In this document: in pieces, positions 29,974-42,418 of the stretch
Numbering within the stretch: the stretch's first letter is position 1
Layout: every line of letters begins with the position of its first letter
From: Eledone cirrhosa
Taxonomy: Eukaryota
Direction: 5' to 3'
Length of the DNA stretch: 64,000 nucleotides
NCBI GenBank assembly: GCA_964016885.1
Contig: OZ024743.1
Span: 233,120,001 to 233,184,000, forward strand
Translations under genes and position numbers: made by a program
The notes under the pieces: model-generated
Told to the model about the DNA's origin: nothing
Database searches by the model: none
Seen by the model: the letters and a program-made list of their open reading frames with translations, nothing else

Positions 29974-30089
29974 TCAAAATGTATGAGCATTCCGACAGAC
30001 ACCACAGCCAAGAGCAAATTCTTCCCCTGTAGGTGGATGCTGGACATTTAAAGGACATTCGTCTGCCTCCATTGCTTGAGCTTTTGGAC
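29974..30089 (-). CDS. MYCBP2: MYCBP2 last coding exon
   Basis: (G)[37 protein letters not shown]; AG acceptor at 30090-30091. Confidence 0.95.
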
Positions 30090-30139
30090 CTTGAATGAGA
30101 AAGGTGAGAAGCAAGTAGATAGTAGTGAAACATAGATAA

Positions 30140-30880
30140 GTGGTGGTGGTAGTGATGGTGGTGATGTTGGTGGTGGGGTTTGATGGTAGCAGTGATGATG
30201 GCCATCAATTTCGGTGTGGTGATGGTAGTAGGAGTGATGTTGGTGGTGGTAGTAGGAGTGATGTTGGTGGTAGTGGTGAGGTTTGATGGTAGCAGTGGTG
30301 ATGATGGCCATCAATTTCGGTGTGGGGTGATAGTGGTGGTGGTGGGTGTAATGATGGTGGTGGTGGTGGCTTTGATGATGGTGCTGGTGGTGGTGATTGT
30401 GATGTTGGTGGTTATGGTTGTGGTGATGGTGATAATGACGGTGGTGGTGATGGTAATGATGACGGTGGTAGTTATGGTTGTGGTGGTGGTGGTGGTGGTT
30501 GTGGTGATGATGGCGGTGGTGGTGATGGCGGTAGTGGTTGTTATGGTTGTGGTGGTGATGGCAGTGGAGGTGGTGGTGGTTGTTGTGGTGATGATGGCAG
30601 TGGCAGTGGTGGTAGTGGTGATGATGGCAGTGGTGGTAGTTATGGTTGTGGTGGTGATGGTGGTGGTTGTGGTGGTGATGGTGGTGGTTGTGGTGGTGAT
30701 GGTGGTGATGATGGCAGTGGTTGTGGTGATGATGGCGGTGGTGGTGGTGGTGATGATGGGTGGTGGTGGTGGTGGTTGTTATGATGGTGGTGATGAGACA
30801 ATTATGGTGGTGATGGCAGTGATGGTGATTATGACAGTGATAACAATGGTAGTAGCAATAGTAGTAGTAGTAATAGTAGT
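30140..30880. repeat. (GGT/GAT)n intronic trinucleotide repeat
   Basis: Direct inspection; lies in the last MYCBP2 intron. Confidence 0.9.
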
Positions 30881-30890
30881 TCAACCATAC

Positions 30891-31056
30891 CAGCAGGACA
30901 TCTTGGTAAGTCAGCTTTTGGAATGTTGGTAACTCTTTGGAAATCATCATGGCATGTATTGCAAAAATGAGTCGTTCCAAAACAGAAAAAGACAGCAACA
31001 GAACAGCAATAGCGACATTTGTATTCGAGAAAATCTGTTCCGTGTTTTGGACATAG
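30891..31056 (-). CDS. MYCBP2: MYCBP2 exon (tandem-cysteine domain)
   Basis: [55 protein letters not shown]; AG/GT boundaries. Confidence 0.96.
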
Positions 31057-31182
31057 CTGAAAAAAAATGTAGAGGTGAGTTGTAGTGATGGTAGCAACAA
31101 TAGTAGAAGGGTCAGTGCTACCATTAAGGCCAACTAAGTAGTCACCTAGAGCACATGTCTCAGAGAGCTGCATTACTGGACT

Positions 31183-31475
31183 TTAACCCTTTAGAATTTA
31201 CATTACTCTATATATACTATTGTGTTTTTGTGGTAAAGGATTTATCTCATAATTATTTCACATAATATCGAATCTATGAAATTTTGATATTATTTTGAGA
31301 ACAGTACCTTAACATCAGTATGATTAGCAAGTTACTGCCATTTAGTGTATGAGTGTGTGGTTATTTAAGAACAATACCTTAATGTCGGTATGAGTGACCG
31401 GTTATGGCTGGTTTGAATAGAAAGAGGTGAGAGAATTCTGGCCAAATATGGCCGGTTTAAATGCTAAAAGGTTAA
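31183..31475. mobile_element. piggyBac-like MITE (TTAA-flanked)
   Basis: TTAA-CCCTTTAGAATTT..AAATGCTAAAAGG-TTAA. Confidence 0.75.
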
Positions 31476-32351
31476 AGTATTAGTTTTATACAAATTTATA
31501 TAAGTAACTTAAATATATAATATTTTCCTACAATCAATAAATAAATCAGTAAACATCTTTGCCACATAGCAGCATTGTGGAAATATCCAAAGAGGCAGAC
31601 AGGGTCATATGGTGTCATGACCTGTCAAGTGATTTGACAGGGATGAGTGTGGATGGTGCAGTAGAAAATGTCGGCTTAATAATATTCTTAGTATGGTCAG
31701 AGGAAAATGTGTCAAAACCTAGATTGTTATTTTGCAAAAATCTAAGTCAAAATTATTTTAATTGGGAGAATGGAATGTACATTATAGGGCTAGCCAGGGT
31801 ACTAAATATCTAGGTGCCAAACCCAAGTAATAGTGGTGGTGGTAGTAATAGTGGTGGTGGTAGTAATAGTAGTGATAGCAGTAGAAATTGAGGTAGTAGT
31901 AGTAGTAGTAGTAACAAGAGTAACAGTATTGGTGGAAGTAGTGGTAGTAGTTGTGATAGTAGTGGAAATTGTGGCAGTGGTAGTAGTAACAAGAGTAACA
32001 GTAGTGGGAGTAGTGACAGTAGATGTGGCAATAGTGGTGGTAGATGTGGTAGTAGTAATAAGAGTAACAGTGATGGTGGAAGTAATAGTAGTGGTAATGG
32101 AAGTGATAGTAATGGAAATGGTGGTAGTAACGGTAATAATAGTGTTGGTGATGGTAGTTGTGTGCTAGTTATGGGTGTTGTTATTTAGCCCGAGGTCAGT
32201 CCTAACTGAGTAAGCCTATGATGAAAGTACTGTAGCTGTAACCATCCTACAACTCCATCAGGGGTGAAGGACCCGTGAATGGAAGTTTAAAGGAGAAAAA
32301 GAAGGAGAGTTCAAAACAAGAAAACAAAACAAAAGTAGAAAAGGGATCCAC

Positions 32352-32459
32352 CTGAGCTCTGGACACATCTGAACAGGCCCCACATACAAGTTCTGTGGGG
32401 TCATAGTCATCAACAGCACCAGCTTGTTCATCACAGCGTGCTTCTCCACCATAGTAGGC
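32352..32459 (-). CDS. MYCBP2: MYCBP2 exon (tandem-cysteine domain)
   Basis: AYYGGEARCDEQAGAVDDYDPTELVCGACSDVSRAQ. Confidence 0.95.
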
Positions 32460-33165
32460 CTGAAATCAAAGAAAGCTATCAATGTTAATTTTGTGTGTGT
32501 GTGTATGTATGTGCGCATGCGTATGCCTCAGAAAATCTATCTGACCCCATGAAAGTATGAAAATAAAGAACATAAAACAATGATGATGATCACAAACACC
32601 CACACAACATATCAAAACCAATAAAATAACAAATGCTAATTATACTCAGTGAAGGTGCGTGGCTGAGTGGTTAGACAATTAGATTCAGAATCTTGAGGTT
32701 GTGAGTTTGATTCCCAAACCAGGCGATGCGTTATGTCCTTGTGCAAAACACTTTATTTCACATTGCTCCTTCTGCCTGGATTTTTGACCAGTAGATAGTA
32801 TTAGCAATTGGAAAGACCAATGGAAACATTGTTTCCTTGGTCCAATTTGATGAGCGCCATCCCACTCATTAAGTGAATGAAGTCTGAGATCTTGTTGATC
32901 CACTGTTATATAATTATACTCACTATAACAATGATCTAGACAATTGACACCCACAATAAATGCTAGATGAGCCAGTAAAAACTGCCTCAGTCATAGACAC
33001 AGCACAACATTGCAAAGGAAAATCTTTAAACAAGAGTCAAAACATAGGCTACCGACCTTTTCTTTTTAAATTGGTAATCCAATACCTTATTGATTATATT
33101 CAGGTAAAGATTAACCAAGAAAATAAAACAGATATACAAATAAAGGAAACATTTACTAGACTCAC

Positions 33166-33375
33166 CTTGCCACATTTATAACATACATAGTAGGCATAGC
33201 GCTCCATAGCAAAGCTGGCTGGATCATTGAAGTAACGGGCACCTGGGGTTGTAATGGCTTCAGCCTTGTGCAATCCTTCATATTCAAGCCTCATTAGGGC
33301 TTTCCGCCGTACATCTTCATACAGTTCTCGAATTGGTGCCAGCAGATCTTTCAACACAGGATGGTTGATGGTGTC
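33166..33375 (-). CDS. MYCBP2: MYCBP2 exon
   Basis: DTINHPVLKDLLAPIRELYEDVRRKALMRLEYEGLHKAEAITTPGARYFNDPASFAMERYAYYVCYKCGK. Confidence 0.96.
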
Positions 33376-33529
33376 CTGAAATGGAGACAAGAAGTTTTAA
33401 TTTGAAAGAAACATACATAACATAATAGCAAACAGGGAGGTAGGCTGGCTAACTGATTAAAACTGGCTCTGAAAAAACAAACATTTTTAAGGGACCTATC
33501 TTAGAATCTTCAGACATTTTTTAACCCTC

Positions 33530-34245
33530 TTTTTACCCACAAACTTTTCCCACCTTTTCAATTCCCTCTTTTTTGTATTTTACCCACTTTACACATAATT
33601 TTTAAAACTTTTAACCACAAGTTATTAATTTACCCACTTTTTCCCACAAGCTTTTAATTTACCAACTTTTTACCCACAATTTTTTAATTTACCGACCTTT
33701 TACCCACATTTTTTTTTATTTACCTACCTCTTACCCACAATTTTTTTTTTATTTACCCATCCTTTACCCACATATTTTTAATTTACCCACCTTTTACCAA
33801 CAACGTTTTAATTCACCCACAAGTTTTTAATTTACCCATTTTTTACCGACAATTTTTTTATTTTACCCACCTTTACCCACAAGATTTTAATTTACCCACC
33901 TTTTACACACGTGTTTAATTTACCCCCTTTTACCAACAACTTAATTTACCCACTGTTTTAATTTACACACTTTTCCCACAAGTTTTTAATTTACCCATCT
34001 TTTACCCACAATTTTTTTATTTACCCACCCTTTACACACAATTTTTTAATTGCCCCCCCCCCCCTTTTATCCACAAGTTTTTGATTTACCCCCTTTTACC
34101 AACAACATTTTAATTAACCCACCTTTTACTTACAAGTTTTTTTTATTTACCTACGTTTTCCCCACATTTTTAATTTACACATTTTTTTAAACACATCTTT
34201 ATAAAATTTAACTACAATTTTAATTTACCCACGATTTTGCCCACG
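33530..34245. repeat. Degenerate minisatellite of TTTACCCAC units
   Basis: Many TTTACCCAC / TTTTAATTTACC variants in tandem. Confidence 0.85.
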
Positions 34246-35987
34246 TTTTTTAGCCTCGGGTCAGCCAGTATAGAAATGACATACGATCAAAAGAATTCCA
34301 GTCATAATCATCCCTATTTTTTCCTTCAGAAACAGTATACCTATGACAACATTATCAAATATGTCCTTTTTTTTTTTACAACAGTATGGAATGACATGAG
34401 GCGTATTTGGCTGCTATTTCTGAAAGATCGATCAACCACATAGAGTCTTCTATGTTGGCTTTCCCAGTCATGCTTGAATATTATGGAAAATTTGTCACAA
34501 ATTGGATGCATCTCCTACCAAGGACCGTTTAACTATGAAGTTAGAATGAAGTTTGAAGAGCGAGCCTGTCTTTTGTCAGTAAGGTAAACTAGATCCAGCA
34601 GAGTTATGTACCTTGTTTAGTATCTAAACATATGGCTTTTACCATATTAAGTGAAATAGAGTTGTCTCCCCTGAAGCCTCACATTTTATAATAATAATTG
34701 TTTCTACTTTTGGCACAAGGCCAGCAATTAACCAGTGCATTACTGGTACTTTATTTTATCGACCCTGTAAGGATGAAAGGCAAAGTTAACCTCGGCAGGA
34801 TTTGAACTCAGATCATACAGGGAAGTAACTCGATGCTTCAAAGCATGGCGTCCGACCCTTTACCGATACTGCCAATCCACAATAATAATAATAAAATTAT
34901 TGTGTAAAGTGCTCAGGTGCACTACAAACTGTTTTTCTTTCTGAGTTCCTGTCCTCTTTGTACAACTTACGATCTATACTAACCATCGAAACAATGATGT
35001 CGCAACATCATCGCGGATATTAATCTTAGATCAATGCTCTCTTGAATGATCATCAAAGAAGCATGAAACTCAGAATAACGTCATAAAGTATCAACCAAAT
35101 AACTATAACTATTCTATACATATTAAACGTATTGAGTACTTTATCATGTGTCCGTTAGAAACAATATATCATCACCCTTTAATGCCTATTTTCCATGCTG
35201 GCAAGGGTTAGACTGGTTGTTATGGTCCAAAACAAGACTGATCAAAGAACTACGTCTTCCTTATACATTCCATCTTTGGCATGATTTACTAATATACCCA
35301 ACTATAAGGGTGATCACAAATTAATAGTTTACAAGAATACTGCTACTAAAGATTTCATCCCATTTGAGACTATGCAATTATTAAGGTTTGAAAAGCTTGC
35401 TCATATTAATATGGGTGTGTGCAAGTGAAAATTAACTAGATGGCAATTCAAAGTATAATTTGCTTTAACAAATTCTTTTAATAAATAATCATAGTTCAGT
35501 GTTCTACGATCAATCAACATTCTGAAACGATCGTAAAACAATGAACTAATTCATTACCTATCTCTGACCTTTGTTTTGTTTTCGTTGTTCAATACACAGA
35601 ATAACACTGTAAAAGTATAGTAGTGAAACAATTACTAGACAATAATTTGGAATGGGAGAGTAATTGAGGAAACCTGGGATTACAATGAGAGGAATGTGAC
35701 TTCTCTAATAACTACTGGGGTGGAGTGTACAATAAGCAGATATGAGAAGAGGTGGAGGAAGAGAAGGTGACAGCAATTGAGGGAAGAGGAGGTGTCAACA
35801 ATGTTTCAGTGGATAGCAGCAGGGGGTCTGTTACTTATGACAAGAAGACTAAGACAAAACATCAAGTGACTTGTCAGGAAATGTCTCTGTCTATGTGTAT
35901 GTCTGAGGTTGTCTATGTGTAAGGTTGTGTATGTGTGAGGTTGTCTCTGTGTGAGGTTGTCTCTGTCTATGTGCGAGGTTCACTTAC

Positions 35988-36095
35988 TTTACATATAGGA
36001 CATAAAGAGAATCCAAACGTAATCCGTGGTCCAACCCACTTTCGGAAGAGGACATTCTTTGTACAGTGCAAATGGAATACATGGGCGCATTTTAG
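35988..36095 (-). CDS. MYCBP2: MYCBP2 exon (RING C-terminal half)
   Basis: LKCAHVFHLHCTKNVLFRKWVGPRITFGFSLCPICK. Confidence 0.96.
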
Positions 36096-36885
36096 CTGTA
36101 AGGATAAAGAGAACATGAGAACAAGAGATAAGCAACAGCAACAATAACAGCAACAATAACAACAACTGAAAAGAAAACACCAAAAAAACAAGTAAAACAT
36201 TTGTTATTACTCAGAGATTAAAGTCAGTCAGTAGTTCTCATGACTAAAAATACCCAACAATCGATGACCAACCTCAGCCCATAATGAATTGAATTTAAAA
36301 TAGATGTGCAATAATAGCTTGTATCTAATACAAACAATGAGCAGACAATGTACAATGAGATATCTGAAAGCTTATCAAAGAAGGGTTTCATTTGTAATAC
36401 ACCTGATATTCCCTCTCCACACACATGCACACAGGTGTGTATGTGTCTGTGTGTATCATGACTCATACACTGTTCACTTTCCTGACATTTGTATATTATT
36501 CTATATACTATACATGCAACTTTGATGAGTTGTAGATCACCTGAGAACTGTACACAATCACTTTCATTATTATAAACCTGATAGGTGTTGACCTCAGAAC
36601 ATAGACTTGTATCTAAATAAAAGGCATTTTGTCTGGTGTTCTACCAAATCTACCAATCTCAATAGTAATGATTTCTGATACAGCACAAGGTTACATATTT
36701 TAGAAGTATTATAGTTTACATGAATATTTTACTGCAAGAGCACCCTAGAGACGAATTATTTCAACAGCTATCACAAGCTAATCATGCTACTCATATTTTT
36801 TTTTGAGCTGAGTGGACTGGAGCAACTTGAAAGGAATCCCAGTTTACTGAGAGATGGGAAAGTAACAATTAGAGAGGTTATAGAG

Positions 36886-37020
36886 TAGGCATGGGTAACC
36901 TTTTTAGAGCAGTGGGTCACATAGGATGTGGCTTATCATATGGCGGGCCGCACTAATATAAAATTTAAAGCAATTTTGGAATTAGGCAGGCCATTCAGAA
37001 AGCCAGTTTTCCCATCACTG
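36886..37020. mobile_element. hAT (Charlie-like) MITE
   Basis: 8-bp TSD TTATAGAG on both sides; imperfect TIRs TAGGCATGGGTAAC / GTTTTCCCATCACTG. Confidence 0.65.
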
Positions 37021-37092
37021 TTATAGAGAGATGTAGTCAACTTCTGTTTACAGATAGAGAGGGAGGGAGAGAGAGAACTGCAGTTAACTTGC

Positions 37093-37284
37093 CTGCAAAG
37101 CTGGTGCAGCAGAAAGAGCCTCAGTAAAACAAATCATACACATATCATCAGCATCTTGCTTTAACATCTGTTGGTTGGGGGAAGGACACCGGTTTAAGCA
37201 AGGAAGGCAGCTCTCTTCATTCTTTATCCCTCCACATGTGTGGCCACAAGGAAGGGTCTTTGTACAGGCATTGCGACCATGTTC
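37093..37284 (-). CDS. MYCBP2: MYCBP2 exon (RING N-terminal half), GC splice donor
   Basis: EHGRNACTKTLPCGHTCGGIKNEESCLPCLNRCPSPNQQMLKQDADDMCMICFTEALSAAPALQ followed by GCAAGT. Confidence 0.93.
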
Positions 37285-37804
37285 CTACAATACAAAAATG
37301 CATAATCACTCATAAGCTCTTAACATCCTGTAATTATTTAGCAGAATATATCTGAAAAAACAAGTTTGTCAATTCTAATATGTATAGTATCTTTACTAGT
37401 GAACAGATTATTGTAAAAATTTGCTGTATTATCATTTAACATCCTGTAATTAATTAATAAGCCATATGTAAAAACAAATTACTTAATTCAAGTATTTGTA
37501 GTATCTTTACTACTGGACAGATCATTGTAAAATTTCCAGTAAAAAGTTAACTTTTGATAGGAGACTTGGCCCGAATGTTTGCAACAGAGCAAACTCAGCT
37601 AAACATGCCCAAGTATCAGAGTAGGTGTTTAACTGGGCAATGGGGAACTACCAAAGAACAAAAATAATCAGGCTTCCACAAAGTTTCTGTCTACCATTGA
37701 TTTGGTTAATCCAAGCCTATGATAGACAACACTTGCCCAAAGAGAAGTATTTAAAAAAATAATGAATATACAGATTCCATAGAAATATTAAAAATAGTGA
37801 TCAC

Positions 37805-37914
37805 CTGACATTCGGCATCTGAGCAGACATTACCGATAGCAAGAAGACCGTTGTTACTGGAGGTTCCACAGAAACGGCAGGTTCCAGAGCCTGCTGGAGT
37901 GGCACCAACTTTTC
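37805..37914 (-). CDS. MYCBP2: MYCBP2 exon
   Basis: (G)KVGATPAGSGTCRFCGTSSNNGLLAIGNVCSDAECQ. Confidence 0.93.
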
Positions 37915-38832
37915 CTGCAAGAGATGTCAACAAAATAAATACAGAATGTTGTGTGTGCATACGAGAAAAAGAGAGAGAAACAACTAAACGAGATGCCTCT
38001 ACGTGGAAACTCAAACTGCTAGAAACAACAGCCAAATTTCCATCAAATCACATCTTTCAGTCTTAAAAGAAAAGTAACATTAGAAATTTGACGTTTTTTA
38101 TACTAACCTGGCCAAACTTACCACTGGATCAATGAAATAATAACTCATTTCAAAGGATTTTTTTTTAATTAAAATTTTAACCTAATAATGAAATAATAAT
38201 TTTAGTAAATCCCTCAAAATTAATTAATTTAGAATGTATTTTATGAGAATTACAGTGACAAAAGGATTAATGGTATGTAATGATACACCACGATTTTGAG
38301 TCGCTTTTAAGTTTGACATATTGAGCTCCTTATGAAAGATAACTAATACCAATTAAAATACACTAACCTGCCCAAACCATCTCTGTTGCTATGAAACAAA
38401 ACCATGTGTTTTAAAGGATTCCTATTCAAATTACATTCTTCCAAGATAGTTCTATGTAAGCACATTTTGCTAACTGAAGTATGTTACAAATACCATCTTA
38501 GTAATGAAATGCTCAATAATTTTATTAAGTCTTCCAAATTTTTCATTAATAAAAAGAAACACTATTGCTGCATCTTTAACAACAACTACACTAACAAATC
38601 CCCATTTACAGGTATAACAGCTTCATGTATGCAAATGTTTTCATGCTCAGAGTTGCAGAAGCATGAAACAAACTACGTGCATCAAGTGTTAGCTGTCAGG
38701 GCACTGCATCCTTCAAAACTTCCATGCATTCTGAAATTCGCCAACACTACACCTGATATTCCCCCTCCAAGTATGAGTGTGTGTGTGTGTGTTTATATAT
38801 ATCTCGTTGTGATCGCAATAGGATACATTTAT

Positions 38833-39215
38833 GGAGGCACATGGCTTAGTGGTTAGAGCCTTGCAATCGAAAGGTTGTGAGTTCAATTCTCAGACCGGGT
38901 GATGTGTTGTTTCCTTGAGCAAGACACTTTATTTCACATTGCTCCAGTTTACTCAGCTGTAGAAATGAGATGATAGGGACAGGGGTCCATATCATGCCAC
39001 TGCAAAGTGGTCGTGGAGGGGCCACGGCAAAAAAGCACCCAGCCCACACTGTAAAGTGGACGTGTAGGCGCCACGGAAAAAAAGCACCCAGCACTCACTG
39101 TAAATGAGGTTGGTGTTAGGAAGGGCATCCAGCTGTAGAAAGCAAGCCAGATTCGGTTCCTGTCCCACCCTTGCAAGCAGGAAAAAGCGGACTTAAAATG
39201 ATGATGATGAAATGA
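38833..39215 (+). mobile_element. tRNA-headed SINE with CCTTGAGCAAGACACTT core and (ATG)n tail; close copy at 60022-60400
   Basis: GGAGGCACATGGCTTAGTGGTTAGAG..GAGTTCAATTCT; it interrupts a CR1 3' fragment. Partial copies at about 20760-20880(-), 32653-32770(+), 49010-49220(-), 62255-62520(-). Confidence 0.75.
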
Positions 39216-39364
39216 TGATATACCATGGCTCATACATTGTTTACTTTCCTGATATGCACCTTTGATGAGTTGTAGTGCACCTGAGCAGTGTACACAATCA
39301 TTTTCATTATTATTAATATTATTGTTAAATAATAAAGATAGGATCATCTCCAAAACAAATGTAC

Positions 39365-39491
39365 CTTCTCGGAACTCAACCATAGCTTTAAGAGACTTAG
39401 AATCAGCCAACAGCATCAGCCAAAACAGTTTCATTCTTCCACAGCCTTCATGTAGGTCGACCTTGATAGCCTCCTCTTCTTCTTTGAAAAC
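39365..39491 (-). CDS. MYCBP2: MYCBP2 exon
   Basis: VFKEEEEAIKVDLHEGCGRMKLFWLMLLADSKSLKAMVEFRE. Confidence 0.95.
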
Positions 39492-40110
39492 CTTTTCATG
39501 GAAAAAAGAAAAAAAAAACAGTCATCAGTCTTGTTCATCAACATCATCATCATCGTTTATTATGACTATCACATTAAAATTGTGTTATATTAGGATAGTC
39601 ATAATAAACGTCTGAAAAATCAGGTCTAACATGGGGCTAAACAACATCAACAGCACACAACCTGCTAGAAATAATAGCCAAATATCCTGCTTAACAGCTT
39701 AAAAATAATTGAAAGGCATATTGAATATTACCAAAGATATACAAAATGAAGGGATGGTCACAACTTTAAAGCCTTCCATCGTGCTTCCCGAAATTCGCCA
39801 ACTCTACACCTGATATTCACCCTCCATACACACACACACACATGTGTGTGTGTGCGCGCATGATTGTCTGAGTGTATATCATGACTCATACACTGTTCAC
39901 TTTCCTGACATTTTTACATTATTCTATGTACTATACATGCACCTTTTATGAGTTGTAGTGTACCTGGGCACTGTACACAATCATTTTCATTCATAGGTCT
40001 GGTAGATCAGATCCAGCCTGACACTAAACAACAAAATACCAATCAGTGACTCCAGGATACAATGAAATCAACCAATCAATACATAGATCAATAAAAAAAA
40101 AGTAGCTCAC

Positions 40111-40239
40111 TTGTCTCTGATGGGCCCTTGTTCTTCGGTGGAGATGGAGAAAGCGGTTGCAGTCAGCACACAAGTTTCCACACATATTACAAAGTATGAT
40201 GGCAGGGGTCTCCCCATCATCATGATTATCACAGGTAGG
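40111..40239 (-). CDS. MYCBP2: MYCBP2 exon (B-box)
   Basis: PTCDNHDDGETPAIILCNMCGNLCADCNRFLHLHRRTRAHQRQ. Confidence 0.96.
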
Positions 40240-40284
40240 CTGAAACAAACAAAACAGTAGATATAGAAGTATATACGTATGTAT

Positions 40285-40322
<38 letters not shown>

Positions 40323-40553
40323 ATAACAAATTTTATCTTATTTGTAAATAGTCATCCTATCTTGTGTCCATTTGTTGCTATCATATGTGCACTAGATTAG
40401 TGGTATCAACCTTAAAGTACCAAAACCATGACGGCCTCCAGATGTCAACTGATAAGAAGGGGCAGTTACGTGTTTCAGTCATTTTCCGTTGTCTTTGCTC
40501 ACCTTTCTCTCTCTCTCTATATATATATATATATTGTATATATATATATATAT

Positions 40554-40794
40554 ACAATATATTAATAAATGGAAACTATATTTATAAAACCATATTTATT
40601 TTATCTGATGAAAGCGCACCATAATTTGCCTTGGTTGCCCTTTAAATATGTATAATAAAATAAATATGGTTTTATAAATATAGTTTCCATTTATTAATAT
40701 ATTGTGTATTTACTCCACTAACTGTTGAGTGCTTTATATCAGTTATAAAAATGTTTAAGCTTGTTGAATCCCAACAAATTAAATATAACCTCTG

Positions 40795-40798
<4 letters not shown>
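40554..40798 (+). mobile_element. (TA)n-embedded fold-back insert with mutated hammerhead, same family as 14865-17082
   Basis: ~51-bp inverted repeat 40554-40604 / 40655-40705 enclosing CTGATGA-AAG..CTT-TAAA-TATGTA-TA; TTGAGTGCTT at 40725. Confidence 0.7.
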
Positions 40799-40857
<59 letters not shown>

Positions 40858-40913
40858 ATAATAATAAATTTGCTTAAACTTTAATCTGTTATTTTAATAA
40901 ATATATATATATA

Positions 40914-42340
40914 TGGAAGTGTCACTACGAAAGGCTACTAAATGAGGAGAATAAATGGGAGAAAGACAGTCTCCCCCACATCGACCCAATAGAGGGACCA
41001 GCAGTGTTAGTCGAAGGTAGTATAATAAGTAAGGCAATCAAAGATATGAAGACGGGTAAGGCGGCTGGGCCTTCGGAAATAGTTGCTGAGATGCTGAAAG
41101 CCTCTGGAACGGTGGGACACACCATGGTCACCCGGATAGTAAACCAAGTCATACAGAATGGGGTTGTTCCGAAGGACTGGCGTAGCAGCATCATCATTAA
41201 CTGCTACAAGGGTAAAGGAGACGCCCTAGATAGGAGTAACTATAGAGGCATTAAATTAATCGACCAGGTCATGAAGGTCACGGAAAAAGTAATAGCGCAA
41301 CTAATCAGAGAGAGAATCGATCTAGATGAAATGCAGTTCAGGTTTGTGTCAGGCAAAAGTACCACAGACGCTCTTTTCATTGTACGACAACTACAGGAGA
41401 AGTACCTAGCTAAAAGTAAACCCCTATACTTAGCTTTCGTCAACTTGGAGAAAGCCTTCGACAGAGTCCCCCGTTCCATTATCTGGTGGGCTCTTAGAAA
41501 ATTAGGTGTTGATGAATGAGCTATACAAGCCATGTATAAAGAAACAGTCAGCAAGGTTAGAATTAACAACGAATATAGTGAAGAGTTTAGCGTAAAAGTT
41601 GGTGTTCATCAGGGCTCTGTTCTTAGCTCCCTACTATTTATTATTGCCCCTCAGGCTATAACAGTGGAGTTCAAGACTGGCTGCCCATGGGAACTCCTAT
41701 ATGCAGATGATCTAACGCTCATAGCTGAATCAATGGCCGAGCTAGAGAAGAAATTCCAAACATGGAAGCACGGCCTAGAATCAAAAGGCCTTAAAATTAA
41801 CCTGGCTAAGACTAAAGTTCTAGTTTGTAGGAAAGAAAATAAGGCGCCGGTCCCTTCCGGGAAATGGCCATGCTCAGTGTGTAGGAAAGGCGTAGGTAGA
41901 AACTCCATTTTATGTCCCAAATGCAAAGTATGGGTGCATAAAAGATGTAGTGGGATCATAGGTAAGCTAACTAAGAACATAGATTTTACATGTGACCGGT
42001 GCTCTGGTGCAATAAGTATCAGCAAGTGCCCACAAAATACTAGCTCTTTCAATTGCGCAGAGGGTTCTATAGAAATAGTGGACAGCTTCCGTTACCTGGG
42101 TGACAAAATCAGCAGTGGGGGAGGGTGCTCTGAAAGTACAGTAGCTAGAGTCAGAACTGGATGGAAAAAGTTCAGAGAGCTTATACCGCTATTAGCCGCT
42201 AAAGGGTTCTCCCTAAAAATGAAAGACAGGCTGTATGATGCCTGCATACGAACAGCAATGTTGCATGGCAGTGAGACCTGGGCATTGTGTGCAGAGGATA
42301 TACGCAGACTAGAGAGGAACGAAGCTTGCATGCTCTGCTG
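40914..42340 (+). mobile_element. RTE-clade LINE, internal RT piece with Cys-rich (PHD-like) insertion
   Basis: WKCHYERLLN, GKAAGPS, NYRGIKL, AFVNLEKAFDRV, GVHQGSVLS, LYADD, CSVC..CPKCKVWVHKRC..CDRC, FRYLG, LHGSETW. Confidence 0.92.
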
Positions 42341-42418
42341 AAAAATAAGCGATTTTGTTTTCCTTTTCTGTTGCGTTAGAGACATTTTTCCAAACGGTAA
42401 ATTGCCTACGGTATACCA

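Noticed and set aside
30048-31133. His-rich, Val/Met-rich and Gly-rich ORFs (also 31810-32168)
   Set aside because: Trinucleotide repeats inside MYCBP2 introns; the true exons are defined by homology and splice sites.
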